Of a stretch of DNA of 64,000 nt, positions 32,065 to 41,018 are shown one piece after another. The notes under the pieces were generated by a model. It was not told where the DNA came from. It saw nothing but the letters and a program-made list of their open reading frames with translations, and made no database searches. A program made the position numbers and the translations under genes. Within the stretch, counting starts at the first letter, position 1. Each line of letters opens with the position of its first letter. Source of the DNA: a virus; the IMG/VR virus record IMGVR_UViG_3300034082_001419, positions 57,495 through 121,494 of that record; one strand, given 5' to 3'.

Positions 32065-33321
32065 TTAATAAATTTCTCTCCATTGCATTGCACAACCTAC
32101 AGTAGTAGATGTAGTACCTAAATTTGTTACAGCAATCACATATATTTCTGAATTAGTGCTATCATAATTTTGAGCAATATAATTTTCTCTAGCATTTGAA
32201 GCATCACTATCAGCACTAACAGAACCTCTATTGCCTACTGCTGCGGATACATAACCAGAAGCAAAAACTTTACCATCAGTATATGCATTAGCTCCAATAT
32301 TATATTCAACACCTGAACCTGAATTTACAGATGTCCAAGAACCCCCTGTTAAAAAAGAATCATTAGGTAGTTTTATAACCTTGTAATACAATGGTTCTTT
32401 TACAGAATAAAAACTAAACTCTCCTAACTTACAAGTTAGTCTGTTTAGATAACCTTGAAAAGTATTACTTAATCTTATTGCTAATAATGGAACTGTTGCT
32501 CCTGCAACTACTGTTCTTAAGTTTGTATTAAGTGTTGAATAATCTTGACCTGTTTCTACATAACCACCTTCACTTATTACAGATGAACAGATTTGATCAA
32601 ATGATCCACCTGTTGTTGTTCCAGTATTAAAAATCTCACATCTTACTGGAAGATTAGGAGATTGCATATAAGGTACAGTAATGGTATTTGATGTGTTAAA
32701 TTCATTTGCAATTATATACTCACCATTTACTAAGAACCCACATCTTACTCTTCCTAATCCTAACCATGTAAAATCTGTAAAGAAAAATTGAGTTTTTGTA
32801 ATATCAAGGTTATATCCTGAAGCCCCTGTTCCATCACACTTGTCTACATTCCAAGAAGACTGCACTATTCTTGTTCCAATAGCTATTCCACTTGTACTAG
32901 TTCTTACATTAAATGATAATGTACCCTCACCATTTTGTTCAAAATATATACCATTAAGATCATCAAAGTATCCTGTTCTTTTAGTTACATTAGTAACAGC
33001 TGCTTTAAAACATATTGTAGAATAAATTAACTGACTTTTACCAGGCATATATGCATGATAAAGTTTAGTTTGATGAATAGCACTACTAGTGGGGTTAGAC
33101 GTTGTTGATAATAAAGCAGAAGATTGGTTAGGAATAAAAGTTACTGTACCACCATTAGTTAATTTATCTAAGAAGTTTGTATTTAAACCATAAATATGTT
33201 TATAATCTCCAAGTGTAAATGGTTCAGAAACCCTTTGTCTACCAAAGGCATCAGCCAACATTGGGTAACTAGTAAATATTGGTTCACTAGGTAAACCTGC
33301 TATAGTAACTTGAGTACTCAT
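32065..33321 (-). CDS. Virion structural protein (lectin-like fold likely)
   Basis: DAFGRQRVSEPFTL, YMPGKSQ, WLGLGRVRCGF and PNLPVRCE motifs, recalled as typical of aquatic phage proteins. Confidence 0.6.
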   Translation of the reverse strand: MSTQVTIAGLPSEPIFTSYPMLADAFGRQRVSEPFTLGDYKHIYGLNTNFLDKLTNGGTVTFIPNQSSALLSTTSNPTSSAIHQTKLYHAYMPGKSQLIYSTICFKAAVTNVTKRTGYFDDLNGIYFEQNGEGTLSFNVRTSTSGIAIGTRIVQSSWNVDKCDGTGASGYNLDITKTQFFFTDFTWLGLGRVRCGFLVNGEYIIANEFNTSNTITVPYMQSPNLPVRCEIFNTGTTTGGSFDQICSSVISEGGYVETGQDYSTLNTNLRTVVAGATVPLLAIRLSNTFQGYLNRLTCKLGEFSFYSVKEPLYYKVIKLPNDSFLTGGSWTSVNSGSGVEYNIGANAYTDGKVFASGYVSAAVGNRGSVSADSDASNARENYIAQNYDSTNSEIYVIAVTNLGTTSTTVGCAMQWREIY

Positions 33322-33324
33322 TTA

Positions 33325-33930
33325 TTACGAGTTATATATAATAATTAATTCAGTGCCTGTACCGTTATATGTAAATGTTCCAGTTGTGTAATAGTTATTC
33401 AATGATCCTGCATCAAAGTTTAATGTTTCTCCAGATTTAATTGTTGAACCTAATACAGTTCCATTACCTGTTCCTACATTAGCTACAGATACACTAAATG
33501 TTTCAACTGCAATAGAACCTGAACCAGTTACTCTAATAAAGTTTGGAGTTCTCTGAATTGACGTTGTATTAGTAACAAGTGTAGCTAAATAACTATTTGG
33601 ATTAATATATGTTATTGGTGCTACTGGTGTACCTGGTGTATTACTACCTGCTTGAAAATAAACTGGTGGATTAAATGTACCCGTATCTGGGTTATATATT
33701 CTAACCTCCAACCATGTAACTCCATTAGCATCTACAACTAAAGAAGCTTCATAATCAGCTCCAGCTTGTATAGCTGCAAGTATTTGGTTAAGTAATGAAT
33801 CTACATTACTTGTATTTGTGTTAATATCAGTAAGGTTATCACATGCACATTCTTGTCCCAATAGCATTTTTAATTGCCATGGCATGTTAGTCCCTTTACC
33901 ACCGTATGTTTTTAAATTTCCTACAGACAT
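33325..33930 (-). CDS. Structural protein (start reassigned to MSVGNLK)
   Basis: Late-type motif at 33951-33958 lies 21 nt upstream of this ATG. Confidence 0.6.
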   Translation of the reverse strand: MSVGNLKTYGGKGTNMPWQLKMLLGQECACDNLTDINTNTSNVDSLLNQILAAIQAGADYEASLVVDANGVTWLEVRIYNPDTGTFNPPVYFQAGSNTPGTPVAPITYINPNSYLATLVTNTTSIQRTPNFIRVTGSGSIAVETFSVSVANVGTGNGTVLGSTIKSGETLNFDAGSLNNYYTTGTFTYNGTGTELIIIYNS

Positions 33931-33990
33931 AATAATTGATTTATATATTATAATATACAGAAAAGTTTCTATATAAGCAAATATAAAAAA

Positions 33991-34015
33991 GAAAAGCCAC
34001 ATCTCTGTGGCTCTT
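33991..34015 (-). terminator. Intrinsic terminator
   Basis: agccaca/tgtggct stem with adjacent A-tract. Confidence 0.6.
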
Positions 34016-34019
34016 GCTT

Positions 34020-34166
34020 TTAATTTTCTTGAACTAGTTGTGGTTCTGTAAATAGAACTCCTAATGCTTGTGTTATCATAGCTGCATCTTGTAAACTAAA
34101 TGCTCCTTTAAGGAATGCTTGATTTAAAGCTTGTTCAACTACTTGTTTTGCATCTTCTGTTTTCAT
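34020..34166 (-). CDS. Small protein MKTEDAKQVV... (48 aa)
   Basis: ATGA overlap with the preceding gene. Confidence 0.55.
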   Translation of the reverse strand: MKTEDAKQVVEQALNQAFLKGAFSLQDAAMITQALGVLFTEPQLVQEN

Positions 34167-34381
34167 ATTGCTTGTAATTCTGTAATTTGTGTAACAGTAA
34201 GTCCAGCAACAAACCATTCTTTACCCATCATAATTCTGATGTGATCTTCATTACGTTTTACAGTTGCTGTTTCTTCTTCAGTTAAAGTTTCTTTAACTTT
34301 TAAATCTTTTAATAAGTTAACACTATCATATGCAGCTGATACTGATTTTGCTACTTGCTCTGCTGTTAATTCTAATTCCAT
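34163..34381 (-). CDS. Small protein (fibre assembly-like)
   Basis: AAYDSVNL...RNEDHIRIM. Confidence 0.55.
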   Translation of the reverse strand: MELELTAEQVAKSVSAAYDSVNLLKDLKVKETLTEEETATVKRNEDHIRIMMGKEWFVAGLTVTQITELQAI

Positions 34382-34420
34382 GATTTTTATTTTTTGTAAA
34401 GTTAATATATTTATTTTTTA

Positions 34421-35221
34421 TTATGCTAATAAAATTCTTTGTGCAACACCATTAATAATTACATCCCAGTATTTAGTTTGAGTTTGTGCTGCTGTAACTA
34501 CTGTTCCCGCATTAGTTCCTACTGAACCAACAACAAATTGATTTGTATTTGTTGATACAGCATCTATACCAATTACAATTGAATTATTATGATTTGCTCT
34601 TGCATTTGAACCAATTGAAATTGTAAAATTTGCATTACTGGAAGCAAAACCAGCTTTAGAACCAATAGCCGTATTATCTGATCCAGTAGTATTATTTTTT
34701 AATGCTTGCCAACCTAATGCAACATTATTAGAACCAACCGTATTAGTATATAATGCTCCTTGACCTATTGCTACGTTAATGGAACCTGTTGTAGTAGCAA
34801 TTCCACAATCTGCTCCCATAATGATGTTACCACCACTAGTAGTATTACTTGATAAAGCATTTTGACCAATTGCAATATTTGTTGAACTAAACATACCATA
34901 TGGTAAAGCATTTTTTCCAATTGCAATATTATTAGTACTTCCATAAATAAAATTTACACCAGAACCTGAACCAATTGCTACATTATAATTTGAATCTTCA
35001 TCTGTATAAAGTCCAGTATTATAACCAATATTAACATTTTGTCCAACTACATAAGTAATAACAAAACTACTTGATAAATCTTCTACTGATATAGCACCAG
35101 GCAAATATCCATCTTTTCTTCTATTATCTTTTAACCCTACAGGGATAAGAGTTTGAGAAGCATCTACTGTTGTTACTTGTCTCTTGCTCTTAAGCCAAGA
35201 GATAAAATTTAAAACATCCAT
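34421..35221 (-). CDS. Fibre protein, MDxLNFISW family, with YadA-like repeats
   Basis: N-terminus shared with 36853-37893 and 37905-38744; NxAIGxxAL repeats. Confidence 0.7.
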   Translation of the reverse strand: MDVLNFISWLKSKRQVTTVDASQTLIPVGLKDNRRKDGYLPGAISVEDLSSSFVITYVVGQNVNIGYNTGLYTDEDSNYNVAIGSGSGVNFIYGSTNNIAIGKNALPYGMFSSTNIAIGQNALSSNTTSGGNIIMGADCGIATTTGSINVAIGQGALYTNTVGSNNVALGWQALKNNTTGSDNTAIGSKAGFASSNANFTISIGSNARANHNNSIVIGIDAVSTNTNQFVVGSVGTNAGTVVTAAQTQTKYWDVIINGVAQRILLA

Positions 35222-35248
35222 TTTATTTATTTATTTTTAAGTTAATTA

Positions 35249-36829
35249 TTATGCTAATAAGATTTTTCTTGCTACTCCATTGATAACTACATTCCATACA
35301 TTAGAAGAAGTGTTAACTTCTGATGTTACTGTTCCTGCGTTAATACTTGATGAACCCACTACAAATTGATTAGATGCAGTAGAATTAGCACCAAAACCAA
35401 GTATAATTGAACCACTAAAGTTATTTGTTTGAGTAGATGCACCAATTACTGTATTATTACTAGCAGTAGAATTTCCACCTCCTGCACTTTGTCCAATAGC
35501 AATGTTATTTGTACCAGTAGTATTTTGTCCTAATGAAGAACTGCCACATGCAGTATTTCCTGTTCCTGTTGTATTTACTAGCAATGTTCCAGAACCTACA
35601 GCAGTATTGCTTGTACCTGTAGATGTTGAATATAATGAACTTGTACCAATTCCAACATTTCCAGTTCCAGTCGTATTAGTATACAGAGCTTGATTTCCTA
35701 TTGCAACATTGTTATCTGCATTAATATTTCTAAATAAAGTTTGATAACCAATAGCAACATTATTATTTCCAGTAACATTGTCTCTCAATGTTCTATAACC
35801 TAATGCAACATTATATTGTCCAGATATTAAAGTTGCAGGAGATATTTGAAAACCTGTTCCAGCACCAATTAAGGTACTTGTCATTACAGTTGTTAAATTT
35901 TTAAAACCGTAACCATTTGGACTAAAGCCAGTTGTAGTTAATGTACATGCTGTTACAATACCTCCTGTTACAGTTATATTAACTTTTGGATATTGTGGTG
36001 TTGCAGTTCCTGAAAAATATTCTAATACTATATCTGTATATGATCCGTCTGTATATCCTGATCCTGGTGTAATTGCACCAAATGAACCAACTCCAGTACT
36101 ATTACTATCAAGTGCATTAGAACCCATTGCATGATTATAATTTCCAAGAATATTACTTCCTAAACTATTGGAACCTATAGCAACATTTCCTATACCAGCA
36201 GTATTTACACCTAATGCTAGATAACCAATACCAGTATTATTACTACCAGTCGTATTTAATAATGCATATGTTCCAATAGCAGTATTATAATTTGCACTAA
36301 TATTAGTAAATAAGGCTTGATGACCAATTGCAGTATTAAAGTTACCTGATGTATTTCCTCTTAATGCACTGTTTCCAAGTGAAGTATTATTAATACCAAT
36401 TTGATTACTAACTAATGCGGAATTTCCTATTGCTGTATTACTATTACCTGTTGTATTAGCAGCTAATGCTCCTTGTCCATATGATAAATTACCTACAATA
36501 TTATTATTACCATTACACCATACTGTTTTATCACTTTCATTATATTCAAACCAATAAGGCAATGATCCACCAGCATAGTTAGGAATATTTAATGTAGATC
36601 CTATTAACGTAGCTGCACCAGATGAACCAGTTGTAGTTAAAGTAATTGGAGGAGGTAATAATCCAGCAATACTACTAACTAAATCAGTTGTAGTTATTAA
36701 TGCTGGTTGATAATTACCATAGAAGTTTGAATCTCTTACACCAATAGTAAACAAGTCTGTTGCTTCTAATAGTGTTCTAACCTTTCTAGTATCAATAAGG
36801 TTTGTGTAGTTTGTTATATTGTTTAACAT
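35249..36829 (-). CDS. Fibre protein with many NxAIGxxAL repeats
   Basis: ~17-aa repeats; C-terminus shared with 34421-35221. Confidence 0.7.
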   Translation of the reverse strand: MLNNITNYTNLIDTRKVRTLLEATDLFTIGVRDSNFYGNYQPALITTTDLVSSIAGLLPPPITLTTTGSSGAATLIGSTLNIPNYAGGSLPYWFEYNESDKTVWCNGNNNIVGNLSYGQGALAANTTGNSNTAIGNSALVSNQIGINNTSLGNSALRGNTSGNFNTAIGHQALFTNISANYNTAIGTYALLNTTGSNNTGIGYLALGVNTAGIGNVAIGSNSLGSNILGNYNHAMGSNALDSNSTGVGSFGAITPGSGYTDGSYTDIVLEYFSGTATPQYPKVNITVTGGIVTACTLTTTGFSPNGYGFKNLTTVMTSTLIGAGTGFQISPATLISGQYNVALGYRTLRDNVTGNNNVAIGYQTLFRNINADNNVAIGNQALYTNTTGTGNVGIGTSSLYSTSTGTSNTAVGSGTLLVNTTGTGNTACGSSSLGQNTTGTNNIAIGQSAGGGNSTASNNTVIGASTQTNNFSGSIILGFGANSTASNQFVVGSSSINAGTVTSEVNTSSNVWNVVINGVARKILLA

Positions 36830-36852
36830 ATCTTTTTATTTTAAATTATTTA

Positions 36853-37893
36853 TTATTCAACTAGAGTAAATATAGATTCACTATAATTATAAGTATCACT
36901 ATATACAAATCCATTTTCATCTATCACACGTAACTTTACAAGTGCGCTATATTTACGAGCTTTATATACATCTGGACTAACTATTTCTATTAAAAAGGGT
37001 AAATATTGAGATGTATCTGTAATTCTTGAAATTGTTACATTTTGAAGCATGGTTAAGGATGTAAATACAAAACCAGGATCTGAGTCTGCAAAACTCCAAT
37101 CATATGTTACATCACCAAGTATACCTGATAATACTGCAGTAAGTGTATTATCATTTTGTATTATTGTTACATACCCCCTTGATATTGTTGGAATCCAATT
37201 AGCATGACCATCTGTACTCATACAAGTTAATACTTTACCAATACCGACAGTGTGATCTTGTAACTGTACTGCATAGTTTTGATCAGTACTTGAATTATTA
37301 GCTACTGCCTGTAAACCAACATTAATACCTGCAGTTGAATATATTGCAGAAGTAAAAGTTCCAATATTTTCTGTTGTTGAATTAACTGCAGTAAACTGTG
37401 CTCCATAGTTTGTTAATGGTCCAACACCTCTTGAACTTCCTGCAATAGCTCCAAAAGAACCATTTTTTAAGTTTGTTGATTCTGCTACTATATCATATAT
37501 TGAAGAAGATATTGTTAATAGACGAGAAGAAGTTGGTGCTGTTCCAATTCCAAGGGTTGTTCCATTATCTCTAATAACACCATATCCTAAAGTTGTATTA
37601 TTTGGAGTCCAGCGTGCTACATAATCTTGTAATCCTAATCCAGATAAACCTGTAGTAGATAATACACCTGAACTATTTATAGTTAAACCTGAACCAATCT
37701 TAATACCACCAAGTGTTGTACTACTTGCAATTGGTAATGTATATGAACCAAATGCACTTATTGGTACAACAATGGATAAATACTTATCATCTCTTGTAGG
37801 ATCTGGGACGCCAACTACAGTCAATGCATCTGGTGGCATTGTTTCTCTATAATCTTTTCTTTTAATCCAGCTTATAAAATTTAATACATCCAT
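36853..37893 (-). CDS. Fibre protein, MDxLNFISW family
   Basis: YTLPIASSTTLGGIKIGSGL head-fibre-type motif. Confidence 0.65.
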   Translation of the reverse strand: MDVLNFISWIKRKDYRETMPPDALTVVGVPDPTRDDKYLSIVVPISAFGSYTLPIASSTTLGGIKIGSGLTINSSGVLSTTGLSGLGLQDYVARWTPNNTTLGYGVIRDNGTTLGIGTAPTSSRLLTISSSIYDIVAESTNLKNGSFGAIAGSSRGVGPLTNYGAQFTAVNSTTENIGTFTSAIYSTAGINVGLQAVANNSSTDQNYAVQLQDHTVGIGKVLTCMSTDGHANWIPTISRGYVTIIQNDNTLTAVLSGILGDVTYDWSFADSDPGFVFTSLTMLQNVTISRITDTSQYLPFLIEIVSPDVYKARKYSALVKLRVIDENGFVYSDTYNYSESIFTLVE

Positions 37894-37904
37894 AATTATT
37901 TATT

Positions 37905-38744
37905 TTATCCAATTAACCAGTTTGTACCATCTGAAAATACAGGTATTATATTAGCACCACCTCCTACTACAATAACACCAAAATTTCCTGATGCTTGTGA
38001 AGTAGAGTCAGCAATCATAGCTCTTGCTCCAGGTGCTGAAACTGCATTTGGTAATGTAGCTAAAGTAACTACTGGAAATTTAAGTAATGCATTTCTTGTT
38101 GAAAATTCCCATGTAAAGTTACCGCTGATAATAACATCACCAAATATACCATCTACACTATTACCTGCATAAAGAGTGATGTCACTTCCTGGTAAACCAG
38201 ATGTTGTAGTATAACCAGCTTGAATATTTACAAAGCCACCTTCTCCTTGAGAACCTGATACACTGTTACCAGCATCACCTGCTTCAATTCTAATGTCCCC
38301 ACCAGAACCAGCATTAGATGCATTACCATCAGAACCATCTCCAGCATAAATGTTTATATCACCACCTTCAGTCTCTCCCTCATAAAGACCTTTATCACCT
38401 TGTAGTCTGATATCATCACCTGATTCAAGAATAATATCATCTCCAGTAAGTGTTCTAATATATAAATCAGATCCAGAACCTGAAGTTTGGATTACGGCAG
38501 TACCTGGATTAAAAGTTAACTCTGCATCACCCTCATTGTCAGTTAGTACAACTTCTCTTGTACCAGCAACTAATTGATCACCTCCTAAACCTGAAATCAA
38601 GTCAGCTACACTAATAGCACCAGCTAAGTAACTATCATCTCTTCTTCCGTCTTTAAGAGCAATTGGAATTAATGTTTGTGTTGGATCTACTGTAGTAACA
38701 ATACGTTTACCTTTAATCCAAGATATGAAATTTAAAATATCCAT
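37905..38744 (-). CDS. Fibre protein, MDxLNFISW family, Gly-rich
   Basis: GGDIxIxAG repeats; C-terminal PVFSDGTNW. Confidence 0.65.
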   Translation of the reverse strand: MDILNFISWIKGKRIVTTVDPTQTLIPIALKDGRRDDSYLAGAISVADLISGLGGDQLVAGTREVVLTDNEGDAELTFNPGTAVIQTSGSGSDLYIRTLTGDDIILESGDDIRLQGDKGLYEGETEGGDINIYAGDGSDGNASNAGSGGDIRIEAGDAGNSVSGSQGEGGFVNIQAGYTTTSGLPGSDITLYAGNSVDGIFGDVIISGNFTWEFSTRNALLKFPVVTLATLPNAVSAPGARAMIADSTSQASGNFGVIVVGGGANIIPVFSDGTNWLIG

Positions 38745-38797
38745 AGTTATTATTTTTTATTTATTTATATATAATATAATATACATAATAATAACAT

Positions 38798-38879
38798 AAA
38801 AACAAAATCCCAGACTATTAATCCGGGATTTCCTTACCTATCTCATCTAGTAAATATTGCATGATACATTGCAAATATA
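38798..38879 (-). ncRNA. Candidate small RNA unit (promoter to terminator, no ORF)
   Basis: TATATTTG (minus strand, 38879-38872), ~65 nt body, aatccc/gggatt hairpin plus U-tract; body complementary to the dnaB start region. Confidence 0.45.
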
Positions 38880-38881
38880 AA

Positions 38882-38962
38882 TAAAAAAACCCAATAAGCA
38901 TTATACTTATTGGGATTCTTTCCAGCGAGAAGACTGAGAATAAAAAGGAGTTGCTAAAGTAT
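38882..38962 (-). ncRNA. Candidate second small RNA, or 3' UTR unit with terminator
   Basis: cccaataag/cttattggg hairpin plus U-tract; upstream promoter-like TATACTTTAG is imperfect. Confidence 0.3.
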
Positions 38963-38972
38963 ATATAATATT

Positions 38973-39206
38973 TTAATTAATAAACCTTCTGCCTCTCTTT
39001 TTTCTAACTTTTTTTGTTTTAACTAAACCACGTCTTGCATGTTGTCTATGTTTTATCATTGTATTTTTCATCCTTGCATCTTCAGCCATAACAATTCTTT
39101 CTCTATTACCTAAATCAGAATTGTGAGTCCTACCTTGATTATAGTTAGGACCTACAGAATGAGGTGCACATGATGATAATAATAATAAAAGTAGTAAACA
39201 TTTCAT
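38973..39206 (-). CDS. Putative lipoprotein with basic tail
   Basis: MKCLLLLLLLSSC lipobox. Confidence 0.6.
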   Translation of the reverse strand: MKCLLLLLLLSSCAPHSVGPNYNQGRTHNSDLGNRERIVMAEDARMKNTMIKHRQHARRGLVKTKKVRKKRGRRFIN

Positions 39207-39643
39207 TTCTTTAGTTCAGCAATTCTTCTTTTTAAATACACTTCAGCTTTTTCCAGATCCTCTAACTCCTTAGTAGAATCTTTTTTACCTGCTCTTACAA
39301 TGTACTTAATAACATTACCTAAGTAAAAGTCTTTATCTAATCCCCATGCTTCAAGTACATTGAATACTTCATATACATTTCCATCACAACCATAGTGAGC
39401 TGGTCTTAGTGGAGAAGCTTTAGCAGTACAATCAGGTACTGTAACTGCTTTAGGTTTTGTTCCAGCAAATGGATCTTTTCCTACATAAGGACTAGGTTCA
39501 GTTTTTCTGATGTAATCCTTATACATTTCTTGACTTTTATTAGCAGCAATTTCAGCCATAATTTTTAGACTCTTTCTATATGTATTTGATGTCTCAGGTT
39601 TTGAGACCATCTTTCTGTACTCTTCACAAACTAAAGGACTCAT
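39203..39643 (-). CDS. DUF3310-family protein
   Basis: PAHY...FYLGNVIKYIVRAGKK...EDLEKAEVYL. Confidence 0.8.
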   Translation of the reverse strand: MSPLVCEEYRKMVSKPETSNTYRKSLKIMAEIAANKSQEMYKDYIRKTEPSPYVGKDPFAGTKPKAVTVPDCTAKASPLRPAHYGCDGNVYEVFNVLEAWGLDKDFYLGNVIKYIVRAGKKDSTKELEDLEKAEVYLKRRIAELKK

Positions 39644-39933
39644 TACCAAACAATTGCAATGTCATACTCACTAAGCATAAGCTTAATACTTTTCTCTACT
39701 TCAATTACTTCTGCACCTTTAATTGCATTTACTGAAATATAAACTGAATCACCTGCTGCTACACTAGTAACATCATCACCAACTGCATACACTTCTAAAC
39801 GTGTCCACTGTTTCATTGACTCTTGTTCAATGTGTGCTTTATCTGCTTCACTTAATTGGATAGCTGATTCTTTCATCTCTGGTTGATTAACCAATACTCT
39901 TCGTCCTTTTAGACTCTTAAATGCTGTACTCAT
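39643..39933 (-). CDS. groES: GroES-like co-chaperonin
   Basis: LKGRRVLV...VYAVGDDV...GDSV...EYDIAIV. Confidence 0.65.
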   Translation of the reverse strand: MSTAFKSLKGRRVLVNQPEMKESAIQLSEADKAHIEQESMKQWTRLEVYAVGDDVTSVAAGDSVYISVNAIKGAEVIEVEKSIKLMLSEYDIAIVW

Positions 39934-39944
39934 GATACTTGTTT

Positions 39945-40898
39945 TTAATTATAACTTAACATTTCTACTTTCAACTTTGGATAGCTATTATAACCAACCA
40001 AACTAAAGTCTTGTAAAGATAATGAATTTATTACACTATTAAAGTTTAAAGCTGAAGGATTATCTAAAAAAAGTTTAAACTTAGATTTATCTATTTCTAG
40101 TTTACTTTCTCCATGCAATTCTGTATCTCTAAACATTAACTCTTTAGCTACATTGATTTGGTTATCATATATATGTACATTCTTAAGTTCTCCTATTACT
40201 GCGCTACATTTATATCCTGTCATTATTTCCAGTACTTGTGCTAGTGCAGCATAGAACATTATGTTAACTGGAGTACCTAAGAAAAAATCTGTAGACCTTT
40301 GATTCCATACAAGATTGAATGTGTAAGTATCATTTACAGGTTGACATATTACCTGGAAAGAATAATGACACGGAGGCAAACACATATCAGGAAGATCTGC
40401 GGGATTCCAAGAGTTAACGATTAATGATGTTGACATAGGAGTTTTAATCATGGAAGAAACAAGGTTAAATAACTGATCAACTCCATTGGCGTTTCTCCAC
40501 TGATGAGAATAGATCTTACCCATATCATAAACTTTTGATACAGATGCATCCTTGTAGTCTTCCTTATTTGATTTCCAACCTTCATATAAATAATTTGCTG
40601 CAGACTCTGAATACTTATGAAAGTGTGCCCAATCTTTATCCCAGAATCTAACACCCATTTCCCAAAGCTTTCTTATATCTGTAGAACCAGACATAAAGAA
40701 TATCAACTCTGCTATTGCTCCTTTAAAATAAACCTCCTTAGTGGTTAATGCTGGAAACCCAACACTTGGTCTACAATATAAATTGATCATAGATATCTCT
40801 ATCCTCTCAACTCCTTTTCTATTTGGATCCTGATACTTATATCCTCCATAATAGATCTCCTCTAAAATCTTCTTGTACTGTCCATCAAATACTGCCAT
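39945..40898 (-). CDS. thyA: Thymidylate synthase
   Basis: FPALTTK, LPPCH, QRSTD, NVHIYDN motifs. Confidence 0.9.
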   Translation of the reverse strand: MAVFDGQYKKILEEIYYGGYKYQDPNRKGVERIEISMINLYCRPSVGFPALTTKEVYFKGAIAELIFFMSGSTDIRKLWEMGVRFWDKDWAHFHKYSESAANYLYEGWKSNKEDYKDASVSKVYDMGKIYSHQWRNANGVDQLFNLVSSMIKTPMSTSLIVNSWNPADLPDMCLPPCHYSFQVICQPVNDTYTFNLVWNQRSTDFFLGTPVNIMFYAALAQVLEIMTGYKCSAVIGELKNVHIYDNQINVAKELMFRDTELHGESKLEIDKSKFKLFLDNPSALNFNSVINSLSLQDFSLVGYNSYPKLKVEMLSYN

Positions 40899-40910
40899 GC
40901 TTTCCTTTTT

Positions 40911-41012
40911 AAAAAAACAAAGCCCTGAGTTTTTAATTCAGAGCTTTATAACCATCAATCAATTAAATAAAATAAATGAACCGTAAACATCTATATTACG
41001 GATGTAAAGATA
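40911..41012 (-). ncRNA. Candidate antisense sRNA complementary to the leader/start of 47633-48109
   Basis: Near-consensus TATCTTTA promoter, 5' hairpin ccgtaa/ttacgg, 3' terminator hairpin plus U-tract; ~47 nt similar to 47586-47637. Confidence 0.5.
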
Positions 41013-41018
41013 AGTATT

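Noticed and set aside
1065-35693. Plus-strand ORFs in the track overlapping structural genes (e.g. 1065, 8523, 25971, 35502)
   Set aside because: Antisense shadows of long minus-strand genes, with no independent motifs
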